DNA from: a virus
Virus record (IMG/VR): IMGVR_UViG_3300047157_000073
Span: 59,704 to 123,703 of that record
Reading direction: 5' to 3' (one strand)
Length of the DNA stretch: 64,000 nucleotides
The translations under genes and the position numbers were made by a program. Shown piece by piece: positions 1-11,102 of the stretch (positions are counted from its first letter, which is position 1; each line of letters begins with the position of its first letter). A model generated the notes under the pieces. The model worked only from the letters and a program-made list of their open reading frames with translations, was not told the DNA's origin and searched no databases.

Positions 1-1507
1 ACTTGGTTCAGTTAAATATTGGGATATATTAATTTACAACGAACTTCGAAAGAAAGGTATTGTTATACCACAAAAAATTCAAAGAAACAAAACTGAAAAG
101 TTTGAAGGTGCATATGTAAAAGAGCCACAAGTTGGTTTACATAATTGGGTTATGTCTTTTGATTTAAATTCACTATACCCACATCTGATTATGCAATATA
201 ATATTTCACCAGAAACATTAGTTGCAAATGAAAAAGTTAAAAACATGTCTGTTGAGAAAATGCTAAATAAAAGTGTAGATACATCTGTTTTAAAAGATGC
301 GACTATGACACCAAATGGTGCTTTGTTTAAAACAACTCAAAAAGGATTTCTACCTGAACTCATGCAAAAGATGTATGATGACAGAGTAAAATTCAAACAG
401 TTAATGTTGGAGGCAAAGAAAGATTATGAAAGAACTAAAGACCCAAAACTTAAAAAAACGATTGCAAAATTTAACAACATCCAAATGGCTAAAAAGATTT
501 CTCTTAATAGTGCGTATGGTGCTATTGGTAATAACTGGTTTAGGTATTATAATATTTTGGTTGCTGAAGCAATTACTACCAGTGGTCAATTTGCTATTAG
601 ATATATTGAACATTCTCTTAACGGGTATCTTAATAAAATACTTGAAACCAATGGAGAGGATTACATTATTGCATCAGATACGGACTCGGTGTATATTTGT
701 TTTGACAAACTTGTCAGCAAAGTATTCAAAGGAGAACAAGATAAAAGAAAAATCGTTGACTTCTTGGACAAGGTCGCTACAGATAAAATCGAACCTTTTA
801 TTGATAAGTCTTATCAAGAACTTGCTGAATATGTAAATGCCTATGAACAAAAGATGCAGATGAAAAGAGAAGTGATTGCAGACAAAGGTATTTGGGTTGC
901 AAAGAAAAGATATATTTTAAATACACATGATGTTGAAGGTGTTCGTTATAAAGAACCTAAATTAAAAATTATGGGTGTTGAAGCTGTGAAGTCATCAACC
1001 CCTGCACCTTGTCGTGAAAAAATTAAACAAGCATTAACAATTATAATGAATGAAGATTCAAAAGTGCTAAATAGTTTTATACAAGATTTTAGAAAAGAAT
1101 TTATGACATTAAAACCAGAACTAGTTGCGTATCCACGCTCTGTAAATGGATTAAACAAATGGACTGAATCACATAATCTATTTAAGAAAGGAGCACCGAT
1201 ACATTGTAAAGGTGCAATATTATATAATCATCTTTTAAAGGAGAAAAAATTACAAGGTAAGTATCCTTTTATACAAGAAGGTGATAAGATTAAATTTTTA
1301 CATATGAAAATACCAAACACATATCAATCAACATCTATATCATTTATGACTAAGTTACCAAAAGAATTAAACTTACATAGTATAGTAGATTATGATATGC
1401 AATTTGAAAAGTCATTTATAGAACCATTAAAATTTATTACAGGTATTATACAATGGCAGATAGATGGTAGTTATGGAACACAAGGAACATTAGAGGAGTT
1501 TTTCTAA
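1..1507 (+). CDS. 43: Family B DNA polymerase (T4 gp43-like), 5'-truncated by the window
   Basis: SFDLNSLYPH, KISLNSAYG, ASDTDS and KKRY motifs; C-terminal clamp-binding TLEEFF. Confidence 0.97.
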   Translation, partial: LGSVKYWDILIYNELRKKGIVIPQKIQRNKTEKFEGAYVKEPQVGLHNWVMSFDLNSLYPHLIMQYNISPETLVANEKVKNMSVEKMLNKSVDTSVLKDATMTPNGALFKTTQKGFLPELMQKMYDDRVKFKQLMLEAKKDYERTKDPKLKKTIAKFNNIQMAKKISLNSAYGAIGNNWFRYYNILVAEAITTSGQFAIRYIEHSLNGYLNKILETNGEDYIIASDTDSVYICFDKLVSKVFKGEQDKRKIVDFLDKVATDKIEPFIDKSYQELAEYVNAYEQKMQMKREVIADKGIWVAKKRYILNTHDVEGVRYKEPKLKIMGVEAVKSSTPAPCREKIKQALTIIMNEDSKVLNSFIQDFRKEFMTLKPELVAYPRSVNGLNKWTESHNLFKKGAPIHCKGAILYNHLLKEKKLQGKYPFIQEGDKIKFLHMKIPNTYQSTSISFMTKLPKELNLHSIVDYDMQFEKSFIEPLKFITGIIQWQIDGSYGTQGTLEEFF

Positions 1508-1611
1508 TGGCAGGTAAAGGAGATAAAAGAAGACCAATGAAAGTACCACAAGATGATTATGAAAAAAATTGGAATAGAATATTTGAAAAGAAAAAGAAAG
1601 AAAAAAAATGA
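1507..1611 (+). CDS. Small basic hypothetical protein, 34 aa (MAGKGDKRRP...NWNRIF)
   Basis: ORF read from sequence; ATG overlaps the gp43 stop and its stop overlaps the next ATG. Confidence 0.6.
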   Translation: MAGKGDKRRPMKVPQDDYEKNWNRIFEKKKKEKK

Positions 1612-2798
1612 AATATAAACCATATAATTTAAAAGATGTTGTTAAGGCTTCTGAACAAGAAAAGTTTACAGTAGTATCTACCTTTGCTGGTGGCGGTGGT
1701 AGTTCCACAGGTTATCGTTTGGCTGGTGGTAAGATATTATGTGTGAATGAATTCGTTGAACAAGCCATAAACACATATAAAGAAAACTACCCAGACACAC
1801 CTGTACTACCAGATGATATAAAAAAACTTACTGCAGAAGATTTTAACAAGTATGGTGACATAGATATCTTTGATGGTTCACCACCATGTTCAGCATTCTC
1901 TGTATCTGGTGCAATGGTACAAGGCGGACACTCTAAAGGTTGGGGTCAAACTAAGAACTATTCTGATGGTAAGAAGATTGAGAATATAGAAGATTTATTT
2001 TTTGAGTTTTTAAGAGTTGCAAAAGATTTAAGACCTAAAGTTATTGTTGCTGAAAATGTAAAAGGATTAACTGTAGGAGAGGCAAAGAAATATTATTATA
2101 AAATTACAAATACATTTGAAGAAATAGGATATGATGTATCATCTAAAGTTTTAAATTCTGTTCACTATGGTGTTCCACAAACTAGACAAAGAACTATCTT
2201 TATTGCTGTTCGTGAAGATGTAACACAAGAGATAGGACTAACATTTATGAATATTGCTAGTATCTTCCCAGATGAAAGTAAAGATGTTGTCACACTAGAA
2301 GATTGTTTAAGTGATGTAGAAGTAGATAGAAAAGAAGCAGATGAACTAACAGAAAAATTTAAAAATAAATCTCATTATGAAACTTGGTTGAAAATGCCAG
2401 ATGACCCAGACAAGGTTGAAACAGGTTGTGATTATCATCCTAAAGGTCATCACTTTAATATGAAAAAAACATCTAGACATAAACCTGCTCCAACAATTAC
2501 AGCAACAGGTGGGGCTATGCATTGGACTGAACCTAGACCATTTACAATTAAAGAAACAAAAAGAATAATGTCATTACCTGATGATTTTAAATTAACAGGT
2601 AGTCATAGTCAACAGTCAGAAAGATGTGGCAGAATGGTACCACCTCTAATGATGAAAGCAATTGCAGAATCAATTTATGAAAAAGTATTGAAACCATACT
2701 ATAAAAAAAAACCTAAAGAAATAGGTGGAAGAAAAGATGGTTTAGAACCCACTCGATATAATGATTGGGAATCGAAAGGAAGATGTATAGATTTTTAA
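1608..2798 (+). CDS. C5-cytosine DNA methyltransferase-family protein, predicted carboxymethyltransferase, with C-terminal DUF1674/SDHAF4-like peptide
   Basis: Motifs FAGGGG, GSPPC, ENV, PQTRQR; motif X reads CGRMVPP instead of GN(A/S)VP; tail GGRKDGLEPTRYNDWESKGRCIDF. Confidence 0.9.
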   Translation: MKYKPYNLKDVVKASEQEKFTVVSTFAGGGGSSTGYRLAGGKILCVNEFVEQAINTYKENYPDTPVLPDDIKKLTAEDFNKYGDIDIFDGSPPCSAFSVSGAMVQGGHSKGWGQTKNYSDGKKIENIEDLFFEFLRVAKDLRPKVIVAENVKGLTVGEAKKYYYKITNTFEEIGYDVSSKVLNSVHYGVPQTRQRTIFIAVREDVTQEIGLTFMNIASIFPDESKDVVTLEDCLSDVEVDRKEADELTEKFKNKSHYETWLKMPDDPDKVETGCDYHPKGHHFNMKKTSRHKPAPTITATGGAMHWTEPRPFTIKETKRIMSLPDDFKLTGSHSQQSERCGRMVPPLMMKAIAESIYEKVLKPYYKKKPKEIGGRKDGLEPTRYNDWESKGRCIDF

Positions 2799-2799
2799 T

Positions 2800-3939
2800 A
2801 TGAAATATTCAAAGTATAATTTAAAAGATGTAAAAGAAGCATCGGCACAAAATAAGTTTAGTGTCATATCTACCTTTGCAGGTGGTGGTGGTTCATCTAC
2901 AGGTTATAGACTTGCAGGTGGAAATATACTTTGTGTAAATGAGTTTGTAGAACAAGCAAGAATTACATATAAAGAAAATTACCCAGATACAAAAATACTA
3001 CCTGATGATATAAAACAACTAACAGGTAAAGACTTTTTAAAAACTGCTGGAATACAAAAAGGTGAACTAGATATATTAGATGGCTCACCACCATGTTCTG
3101 CTTTTTCAATGTGTGGAACACTAGGACAGTCTGGTTCTAAACATTCTGATGGTTGGGGTAAAACTAAAAAGTATTCAGACAATAAAATAGTAGAAAATAT
3201 AGAAGACTTATTTTTTGAGTATCTTAGAGTTGCAGAAGAAATAAAACCAAAAGTAATCATAGGAGAAAATGTTGCAGGTCTTCTCGCAGGCGAAGCAAAA
3301 TTAAAGCTAAATGAGATTGTAAACACATTTGAAAAAATTGGTTATGATGTATCATATAAGATTTTGAATGCATCACATTTTGGAGTACCACAGTCTAGAA
3401 GGCGAGTTATCTTTATAGCAGTCCGTGAGGATGTCACAGAGGCCATAGGATTGACATTTATGAACATTGCTAGTATCTTTCCACAAGAGAATAAAGAAGT
3501 AGTAACAGCAGGAGAGGCACTAGAGGATTTAGAATTAGATAAAGAAGAAGTTAAATGGTGTACAGATACATGGTTAAGTTCCGCACATTACAAGGATACA
3601 GCATCTTTAATGCCAGATGACCCAGATAAAGTATTAGGTGGAAATGACTTTCATCCTAAAGGATGGCATTTCAATGTTAAGAAAATGTCTAGACATCATC
3701 CAGCCCCAACAATTACGACAAATGCAGATGTTTGTCACTTTATTGAAAAAAGGCGGTTGACAATTCGTGAAATAAAGCGTATAATGGCTTTACCAGATGA
3801 TTTTATAGTGACTGGTTCTATGTCACAGAAAATAGAAAGATGTGGTAGAATGGTACCCTCATTAATGATGAAGGCCATTGCTGAATCTGTCTATAAAAAT
3901 GTAATACAACCTTATAATTGGGTTTGTGGAATGGAGTAA
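2800..3939 (+). CDS. Second C5-cytosine DNA methyltransferase paralog, predicted carboxymethyltransferase
   Basis: Same motifs (FAGGGG, GSPPC, ENV, PQSRRR, CGRMVPS); clear paralog of the upstream gene. Confidence 0.9.
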   Translation: MKYSKYNLKDVKEASAQNKFSVISTFAGGGGSSTGYRLAGGNILCVNEFVEQARITYKENYPDTKILPDDIKQLTGKDFLKTAGIQKGELDILDGSPPCSAFSMCGTLGQSGSKHSDGWGKTKKYSDNKIVENIEDLFFEYLRVAEEIKPKVIIGENVAGLLAGEAKLKLNEIVNTFEKIGYDVSYKILNASHFGVPQSRRRVIFIAVREDVTEAIGLTFMNIASIFPQENKEVVTAGEALEDLELDKEEVKWCTDTWLSSAHYKDTASLMPDDPDKVLGGNDFHPKGWHFNVKKMSRHHPAPTITTNADVCHFIEKRRLTIREIKRIMALPDDFIVTGSMSQKIERCGRMVPSLMMKAIAESVYKNVIQPYNWVCGME

Positions 3940-3944
3940 AAATT

Positions 3945-4649
3945 ATGTCTAAAAATTATGACTTTACCTTTGCCCAACGGGAAGAAGGTTTTGATGACCA
4001 TATAGAACATTCGATTCGTGGATATACAAACTTACTAGAAGATGTAATTAGTCTATCTAGAAACTTTGTAGAAGATGAAACAAATGTTGTTGATATTGGT
4101 TGTTCAACAGGAAAATTAACAGAGGCCTTTGTAAAAGGTAATCAATCATTTTGTAAGTATGCTAATTATGTTGGTATAGAACTTGCTCCTAGTTTCTTCA
4201 CAGAACTTGACGCAAGACATGAAAGAATGAAAAATGAATACTATTGGGCAAATGTTAATTTTGAAAAGAAAGATGTTCGTAATTACAAATTTGAAAATTG
4301 TAGTTTAGTAACATCAATATTTACATTACAATTTATGCCTAGAAAAGATAGATTTAATGTATTACAAAATATATACAATGGACTAAATCATGGTGGTGCT
4401 TTTATCTTCGCAGAAAAAACAGTTTGTGATGATTCAAGATTACAAGAAATGATAACTTTTAATTTTTATGATTATAAAAGAAAACATTTCGAAGCATCAG
4501 ATATTTTAGAAAAAGAAAAAACATTAAGGAACATGTTAAAACCTAATACTTGGAAAGAGTTAGAAGGTATGTTAGAATGTGCTGGATTTAAAACTGCACA
4601 ACCATTCTGGCGTAATCATATGTTCGTTGGTGCAATTGCAATTAAGTAG
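3945..4649 (+). CDS. cmoA: CmoA-like carboxy-S-adenosyl-L-methionine synthase
   Basis: FDDHIEHSIRGY, DIGCSTG, FTLQFM, GAFIFAEK and K..LRNML match the CmoA pattern. Confidence 0.85.
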   Translation: MSKNYDFTFAQREEGFDDHIEHSIRGYTNLLEDVISLSRNFVEDETNVVDIGCSTGKLTEAFVKGNQSFCKYANYVGIELAPSFFTELDARHERMKNEYYWANVNFEKKDVRNYKFENCSLVTSIFTLQFMPRKDRFNVLQNIYNGLNHGGAFIFAEKTVCDDSRLQEMITFNFYDYKRKHFEASDILEKEKTLRNMLKPNTWKELEGMLECAGFKTAQPFWRNHMFVGAIAIK

Positions 4650-4658
4650 GGTACAATT

Positions 4659-5677
4659 ATGAATGACTTTTTAAAAGATGTTATCAAAGAAACGGGTAAC
4701 GAATATGCAGGAATAGTTTCAGATGGTGTAGAGGCTGGAGATGTAGAGAACTTTATAGATACAGGTTCTCATATATTTAATGGATTAATCTCTGGTTCAC
4801 TCTATGGTGGACTTCCACAAAATAAGATTACTGCTCTGGCAGGAGAAAGTGCAACAGGTAAAACTTTCTTTCTCATGGGTATGGTTAAAAACTTTCTAGA
4901 CCAAAATCCAAACTCTGGTGTTGTATACTTTGAATCAGAAAGTGCAATCACAAAACAGATGGTTGTTGATAGAGGTATAGATGCAAATAGAATGGTGATA
5001 ATGCCAGTAACAACTGTACAAGAGTTTAGACATCAAGCATTAAAAGTATTAGATAGATACATGCAACAAGATGTAGATATCGAAGACCACTCTTTATATG
5101 TTTAGATTCACTTGGTATGTTATCAACTACAAAAGAAGTAGAAGATACAGAGGCAGGAAAAGAAACTAGAGATATGTCAAGAGCACAAATACTCAAAGCT
5201 GCATTTAGAGTTTTAACTTTAAAACTTGGAAAAGCAAAAGTACCAATGGTTGTAACCAATCATACATATGATGTAATTGGTTCAATGTTCCCAACTAAAG
5301 AAATGGGTGGTGGTAGTGGATTGAAGTATGCTGCTTCAAGTATCATATATCTTTCAAAGAAAAAATTTAAAGATGGTACAGAAGTAATTGGTAATATCAT
5401 TCATTGTAAGAATCATAAGTCAAGATTGACTATGGAAAATAAAATGGTTGATGTTTTACTAACTTATGACAAAGGACTTGATAAGTATTATGGACTACTT
5501 GACTTGGCAGTGGCACATGGAATATTTAAACAAGTATCCACTCGTATTGAATTACCAGATGGTACTAAACAATATGCTAAAACAATTAACAATGACCCAG
5601 AAAAATATTTCACAAAAGAGGTTATGGAAAAATTAGAAGAAGCTGCATTAAAAGAATTTAAATATGGAAACGAATGA
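4659..5677 (+). CDS. uvsX: UvsX/RecA-like recombinase (frameshift near 5085)
   Basis: Walker [21 protein letters not shown]; two fragments joined. Confidence 0.93.
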
Positions 5678-6219
5678 TAGGTTTAATTAAAACATATGAT
5701 AATACACTTGATACTCAATCTTGTAATAATTTAATAGATAAGTTTGAACAATTTAAAAATCAACATGAATCATTTGATGATAGAGGAATAGTCTTTACAC
5801 AACTGAATATGGCAAAGGCATCTCAGATTTGGAAAACAGAAATAGAAAAATATACAGAAATTTTTCAAAATAGTTTTACAACTTATTTGACAGACTTAGA
5901 AATTTCACCACAACAAATGCCAAGTAAATATATGTGGGAACCTATTCGAATAAAAAGATATTTACCGAATGACCATGATGAATTTAAACCACATGTAGAT
6001 GTAAATTCAAAACAAACATCTACAAGATTTTTAGTTTTCTTTATATATCTTTCAGATAATGAAGAAGGCAAAACTACTTTTCCACAATTAGATAGTTATG
6101 CTGAATGTAAGAAAGGTAGTTTATTAATGTTTCCACCTATGTGGCCATGGCTACATGCTGGAACAAAACCAATAAAGGAAGCAAAATATATAATGCAGAC
6201 TTATTTACACTATGTCTAA
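5674..6219 (+). CDS. 2OG-Fe(II) oxygenase
   Basis: HVD, FFIYL, G.T.F, FPP.W...HAG..P...KY motifs. Confidence 0.88.
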   Translation: MIGLIKTYDNTLDTQSCNNLIDKFEQFKNQHESFDDRGIVFTQLNMAKASQIWKTEIEKYTEIFQNSFTTYLTDLEISPQQMPSKYMWEPIRIKRYLPNDHDEFKPHVDVNSKQTSTRFLVFFIYLSDNEEGKTTFPQLDSYAECKKGSLLMFPPMWPWLHAGTKPIKEAKYIMQTYLHYV

Positions 6220-6511
6220 TATTAAAGAATCATATGTTTTTGTAGAAAGTAAAGCACAAGACCAAACTTGTATTGGTATCAAGGGTGGAAAGTTTGCTGG
6301 TGTAATTTATAAGTATGGAAAAGTTTCACTTGGTGAAGAAACAGAAGATGGTAATATGCCATTTAAATTTGAATTTGATATCATAGATAATAATTCAGTG
6401 CCGAGAGAAAATTTTGGAGATGATTGGTCAAATTTAATAGGTGATATTTTAATAGATATAATTGAGGAACAATATGCAGAATCAGACAATAGAAAGGACA
6501 ACTCTAACTAA
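6212..6511 (+). CDS. Conserved T4-like hypothetical protein upstream of the helicase (gp40 position)
   Basis: ORF, synteny uvsX-x-gp41, GKFAGVIYKYGKV block. Confidence 0.55.
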   Translation: MSNIKESYVFVESKAQDQTCIGIKGGKFAGVIYKYGKVSLGEETEDGNMPFKFEFDIIDNNSVPRENFGDDWSNLIGDILIDIIEEQYAESDNRKDNSN

Positions 6512-7851
6512 TCTTCTAAACAACGAAGAATATTCTAGAAAGGTTTTACCATTTATAAAACCAGAATACTTTGATGTTAAAGAAGAAAGAATAATCTTTG
6601 ATGAGATACAAAAGTTTGTAGACAAGTATAATAAGATACCAACTCAAACATCATTAGAAATAGAAGTTAGTACAAGGAAAGATTTAAATGATGTAGAACA
6701 TAAAAAGATTGTTGAGATAATTAAAACTCTCAAAAAAGAAACTATAGATTTTGATTGGTTAGTAGATACAACAGAAAAGTTTGTCAAAGATAAAGCAATC
6801 TATAATGCAATCGTAGAAGGTGTTGGTATTATAGATGGTAAGTCTAAAGATAAAACACCAGAAGCAATCCCACACATTTTAACAGAGGCACTTGCAGTAT
6901 CTTTTGACAATTCTGTTGGACATGATTATCTAGAAGATTCTGAATCAAGATTTGATTACTATCATCATAAAGAAGAAAGGATACCATTTGATTTAGAATT
7001 CTTTAACAAGATTACTAAAGGTGGACTTCCACCAAAGACTTTAAATATTGCATTGGCAGGAACAGGTGTAGGTAAATCATTGTTCATGTGTCATCAAGCT
7101 GCAAACTGTTTATCACAAGGAAAGAATGTTTTATATATTTCATTAGAAATGGCAGAAGAAAGAATTGCAGAAAGAATAGATGCCAATATGATGAATATCA
7201 GTATACCAGATTTACATGACTTACCTAAGAAAATGTTTGATGATAAGATTACAAGATTACAAAAGAAAGCAAAAGGTAAATTAATTATCAAAGAGTATCC
7301 AACTGCATCCGCACATAGTGGTCACTTTCAGAGGACTACTGAAAGAACTTGCAATTAAGAAATCTTTCAAACCAGATATTATCTTTATTGATTATTTAAA
7401 CATCTGTGCATCAAGTAGATTTAAGGCAGGCAGTTCTATGAACTCTTATACAATCATTAAATCTATTGCAGAAGAACTCAGAGGACTTGCAGTAGAAACA
7501 AATGTACCTATTATGTCTGCAACACAAACGACAAGAAGTGGATTCTCTAATACAGATGTTGGACTAGAAGATACATCAGAAAGTTTTGGATTACCTGCAA
7601 CGGCTGACTTAATGTTTGCATTGATATCTACAGATGAACTAGAAGAACTGAATCAAATCTGTGTCAAACAATTAAAGAACAGATACAATGACCCTACAAT
7701 GAATAAGAGATTCATCATTGGAATAGATAGAAACAAAATGAAACTATTTGATGTAGAACTCAAAGCACAAGATGAACTTGTAGACCATGGTCAATATGTT
7801 ACACCTATTGCAGATAAAGGACAAGGATTCGGTAAAGGACACAGGCCCTAA
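6474..7851 (+). CDS. 41: DnaB-like replicative helicase gp41 (frameshift near 7325)
   Basis: AGTGVGKS, SLEMAE, IDYLNI, SATQTTR, SESFGLPATAD. Confidence 0.96.
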
Positions 7852-8009
7852 TCTATCTGGTAGACCAGATGATGTAAATCCATTCTCAAAAACAGGTCAA
7901 GAACAATCCAAAGAAGACAAATATGACAAATTCTCTAAGTTAAAAGTTTGATAAATAGAAACATATAACTATATTTAAATGGAGAAATTGATGTCATTAC
8001 AGACGCTCT

Positions 8010-9476
8010 ATGGAGCAGTTAAGACCTGCTCGTACTCAAAAGATAGACTTACAAGAAAAGGTTCAAATACTTTTAACAGAGGAATCTGAAAAGTTTTCTA
8101 CTGCTATGGAAAATGTCATTGGTGCATGTTACGAGGCAGCATCTCAACCTGCCAATCAAAAAGAGGCTAAAATGAACGCCTTGATAAAAAAATTTAGTAA
8201 AGATTTTAATAATACCAGCACTGTTCATAAGGGAGAAGACCAAGTAAAAAATTGTCTTGCGTTTGGAGAAAAAATTAAAAATGCACTGCCTGGTAAGGGT
8301 GACGGAAAATTTGCGGTACAAACAAAAGGAACAATTACAGCAGATTGGAAAAAATGGGGTGGTAAAAACAATACATCTAAAACAGACATAGTGATAGGTA
8401 AATTTAAATGTTCAGTAAAAAATGCAGATGGTGCTCAACTTATGAGTGCAAAGTCTGGTGAATCTATTGCTACTGCTGAAGCTGCAGCAGAAGAAATAAA
8501 TGGAACTAAAAATCCAATACCTGCAAAAACATTAAGTGGTTTAACAGCTGCTATGGATGAGTTGGCACAATTTACATCAGAAGGTTATTATGCATCTATG
8601 GATAATTTAAGAGCATTAAAAGAGAAAGGACAAGGTAAAACATTAATAAAATATTTAGAAAAAAAACAAAAAGATTATGAAAAAGATTTAGAAAAATGGG
8701 AAAATAGTGGTGGATTAAAAAAAGATAAACCTAAAGGTTTAACTGCAACAGAAAAGAAAATATTGGCAAATAAAGAAAAGGCATCAGAATATAAAACTGT
8801 TTTAAAAGGTATAAATGCTGAATTTATGGAAAATGTAGATGGTATCTTTAAACAAAATCAAGATAAAGTTAAAAAATTATTAATAAAAGCATTTGATACT
8901 AAAGGTGATTATAAATTAGCATTTGTTCACGAGGCAGCAACAGGTAAAAGAAAGTTTGGAACTGATACAGTACAATATGCAGATTACTTATTAAGTTGGA
9001 GAAAAAAATCAAATATTGCTGATTTTGATGTTGATGTTGAAAGTGTTGGAAAAAGAACAGATTCTTTAATCAAAAAATATGCAAAACAAATAGATTTACA
9101 AGTAAATTGGAAGTCATCATCTACAACAAAACATGATGGTTATAATTTATATCAAAATGTCCGTCTAGGAGTAAAATCAGCACAAAGTAAAGTAGAAAAA
9201 CAAGAAGAAAGTTTTCATCAAAAGATAGATGAATATCAAATGCAATTAAATGAAGGTTTAATAACCGAAGTTTGGTTATGGGATAAGATAAAAGAATTAA
9301 CTCAAAAATTCATGGAAAATATCAAAGGAATATGGAATGGTATTAAAAAATATTTACAACAGGTATTTGAAAAAATTACAGAATTTGCTAGTGAGGGTAT
9401 AGAAGCTTTATCAAATGGATTAGGATTTGAAATAGAAACTAATGAACCACTTGAAGGTGTAAATTTAAAACTGTGA
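8010..9476 (+). CDS. Hypothetical protein, 488 aa, possible PD-(D/E)xK-like segment
   Basis: Long ORF; SKTDIVI...CSVK..G.QLMS segment; late-promoter-like ATAAATA at 7951. Confidence 0.55.
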   Translation: MEQLRPARTQKIDLQEKVQILLTEESEKFSTAMENVIGACYEAASQPANQKEAKMNALIKKFSKDFNNTSTVHKGEDQVKNCLAFGEKIKNALPGKGDGKFAVQTKGTITADWKKWGGKNNTSKTDIVIGKFKCSVKNADGAQLMSAKSGESIATAEAAAEEINGTKNPIPAKTLSGLTAAMDELAQFTSEGYYASMDNLRALKEKGQGKTLIKYLEKKQKDYEKDLEKWENSGGLKKDKPKGLTATEKKILANKEKASEYKTVLKGINAEFMENVDGIFKQNQDKVKKLLIKAFDTKGDYKLAFVHEAATGKRKFGTDTVQYADYLLSWRKKSNIADFDVDVESVGKRTDSLIKKYAKQIDLQVNWKSSSTTKHDGYNLYQNVRLGVKSAQSKVEKQEESFHQKIDEYQMQLNEGLITEVWLWDKIKELTQKFMENIKGIWNGIKKYLQQVFEKITEFASEGIEALSNGLGFEIETNEPLEGVNLKL

Positions 9477-10722
9477 ATAATCTAGCAGAACAATTATTAT
9501 TCGAAGATAAAGGTGGAAAGAACCTTCATCTAGAACACATAGAAGATGAGATACTTAACTATGGTATCACAGGTGGTCGTGCATCTATAAACTTTATACA
9601 GTCACTAAGAGATATGTTTGCTGGTGCAAGTCGTTCATCTATTAACATGACAGTTAAGTGGGATGGTGCTCCTGCAGTCTTTGCTGGAGTAGACCCAGCA
9701 GATGGTAAGTTTTTTGTAGGAAAGAAATCAGTCTTTAATGTAGAACCACAACTCTATAAAACAGATGCAGATGTAGACAAATACACATCTGGTGATTTAA
9801 ATAAAAAACTTAAAGTTGCTTTATCAGAGTTTTCAAAATTAGGTATCAAAGGAGTTTTACAAGGTGACTTAATGTTTACAGATGATGTATCTACAGATAC
9901 TATAGATGGTAAGAAGTATTATACATTCCAACCAAACACTATTGTTTACGCAGTAGATGTTGATTCAGATTTTGGAAGTCAAATTAAAAAAGCAAAGATT
10001 GGTGTGGTATGGCATACAACATATACAGGTAAAGAATTACAAGATATGAAAGCATCTTTTGGAGTAAACATATCAGGTCTTAAATGATGTATCTAGTGTA
10101 TGGCAAGATGATGCAACATTTAAAGATGTATCAGGTAGTGCAACAATGACAGAAAAAGAAACAGCAGCTATAACTGCTGAGTTATCCACTGCTGGTAAAA
10201 CATTTCAAAAAATTAACTCATCTATGTTAACTAAGTTTTTAAATTTACAAAATAGTTTTACTGGTGCAATGGTATCAGCAGGATTAAAGACATATAATAA
10301 TATTAGTGTTAGACAAGGTAAACCAATAAACAAATCCTAAGGCACATGCTCAAGGTTATGTTAAACATGTAGTATGATAAGTACAAGACAAAGTAAAAGA
10401 TTCAAAAAGTAAAGCTGGAAAAGACAAATATAAAAACTTACAAAAAGAGTATACTAGAGAAGTAAATAAACATGTTAAAAACTTAACAGAAATAATTACA
10501 TTTCAAAATGCGATTGTAAAAGCAAAAATGTTAATAGTAAAAAAATTAAATCGTGTTAAAAGTATTGGAACATTTATTAAAACAGATAATGGATTTAAAG
10601 TATCAAACCCAGAGGGGTATGTTGCAATAGATAGAGTGTCTGGTAATGCTGTAAAATTAGTAGATAGAATGGAGTTTAGTTATAATAACTTTACTGCTAT
10701 CAAAGCATGGGATAAGTCATAA
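9473..10722 (+). CDS. Conserved T4-like hypothetical protein (DUF6267-like), several frameshifts
   Basis: HLEHIED, TVKWDGAPA, QGDLMF, FQPNTI, PEGYV, KLVDRMEFS fragments in order. Confidence 0.75.
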
Positions 10723-11102
10723 TGAAAAAATTTAAAGAACATCTACAAGAAAAAGCAACATATGAATTTGGTGGAATTTATGAACCTAAAGGTATCAAAG
10801 ATATCAAAACATATGAAAATCCAAATATTAATATAACTGGTATGGCAACATATGATTTAGAAACTATAACAAATATGATAACAAGAAAACTTTTAGAATT
10901 AACTAAAGAGGCAAGAACATTAGAAAAGGATGCTAAAAAAGATGCCAAACTTTTTAGATATGGTTCATATAGAACTATGCAAAATAAAATAGAGAGTAAT
11001 TTAAAATACTTTATTGGAGCTATGGCTGATGTTGAAAGTCAAATGACAACACCAGCAATGAAAGCAAAAGGAACTAAACTAGGGTCTAAAAAATACAAAT
11101 GA
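10722..11102 (+). CDS. Hypothetical protein with capsid-targeting-like N-terminus
   Basis: Starts MKKFKEHLQE. Confidence 0.6.
   Translation: MKKFKEHLQEKATYEFGGIYEPKGIKDIKTYENPNINITGMATYDLETITNMITRKLLELTKEARTLEKDAKKDAKLFRYGSYRTMQNKIESNLKYFIGAMADVESQMTTPAMKAKGTKLGSKKYK

Noticed and set aside
5674-6219. 2OG-Fe(II) oxygenase as a TET-like part of the cytosine modification pathway
   Set aside because: Resembles the common prolyl-hydroxylase-like phage family and is separated from the MTases by uvsX; no TET/JBP features recognised.
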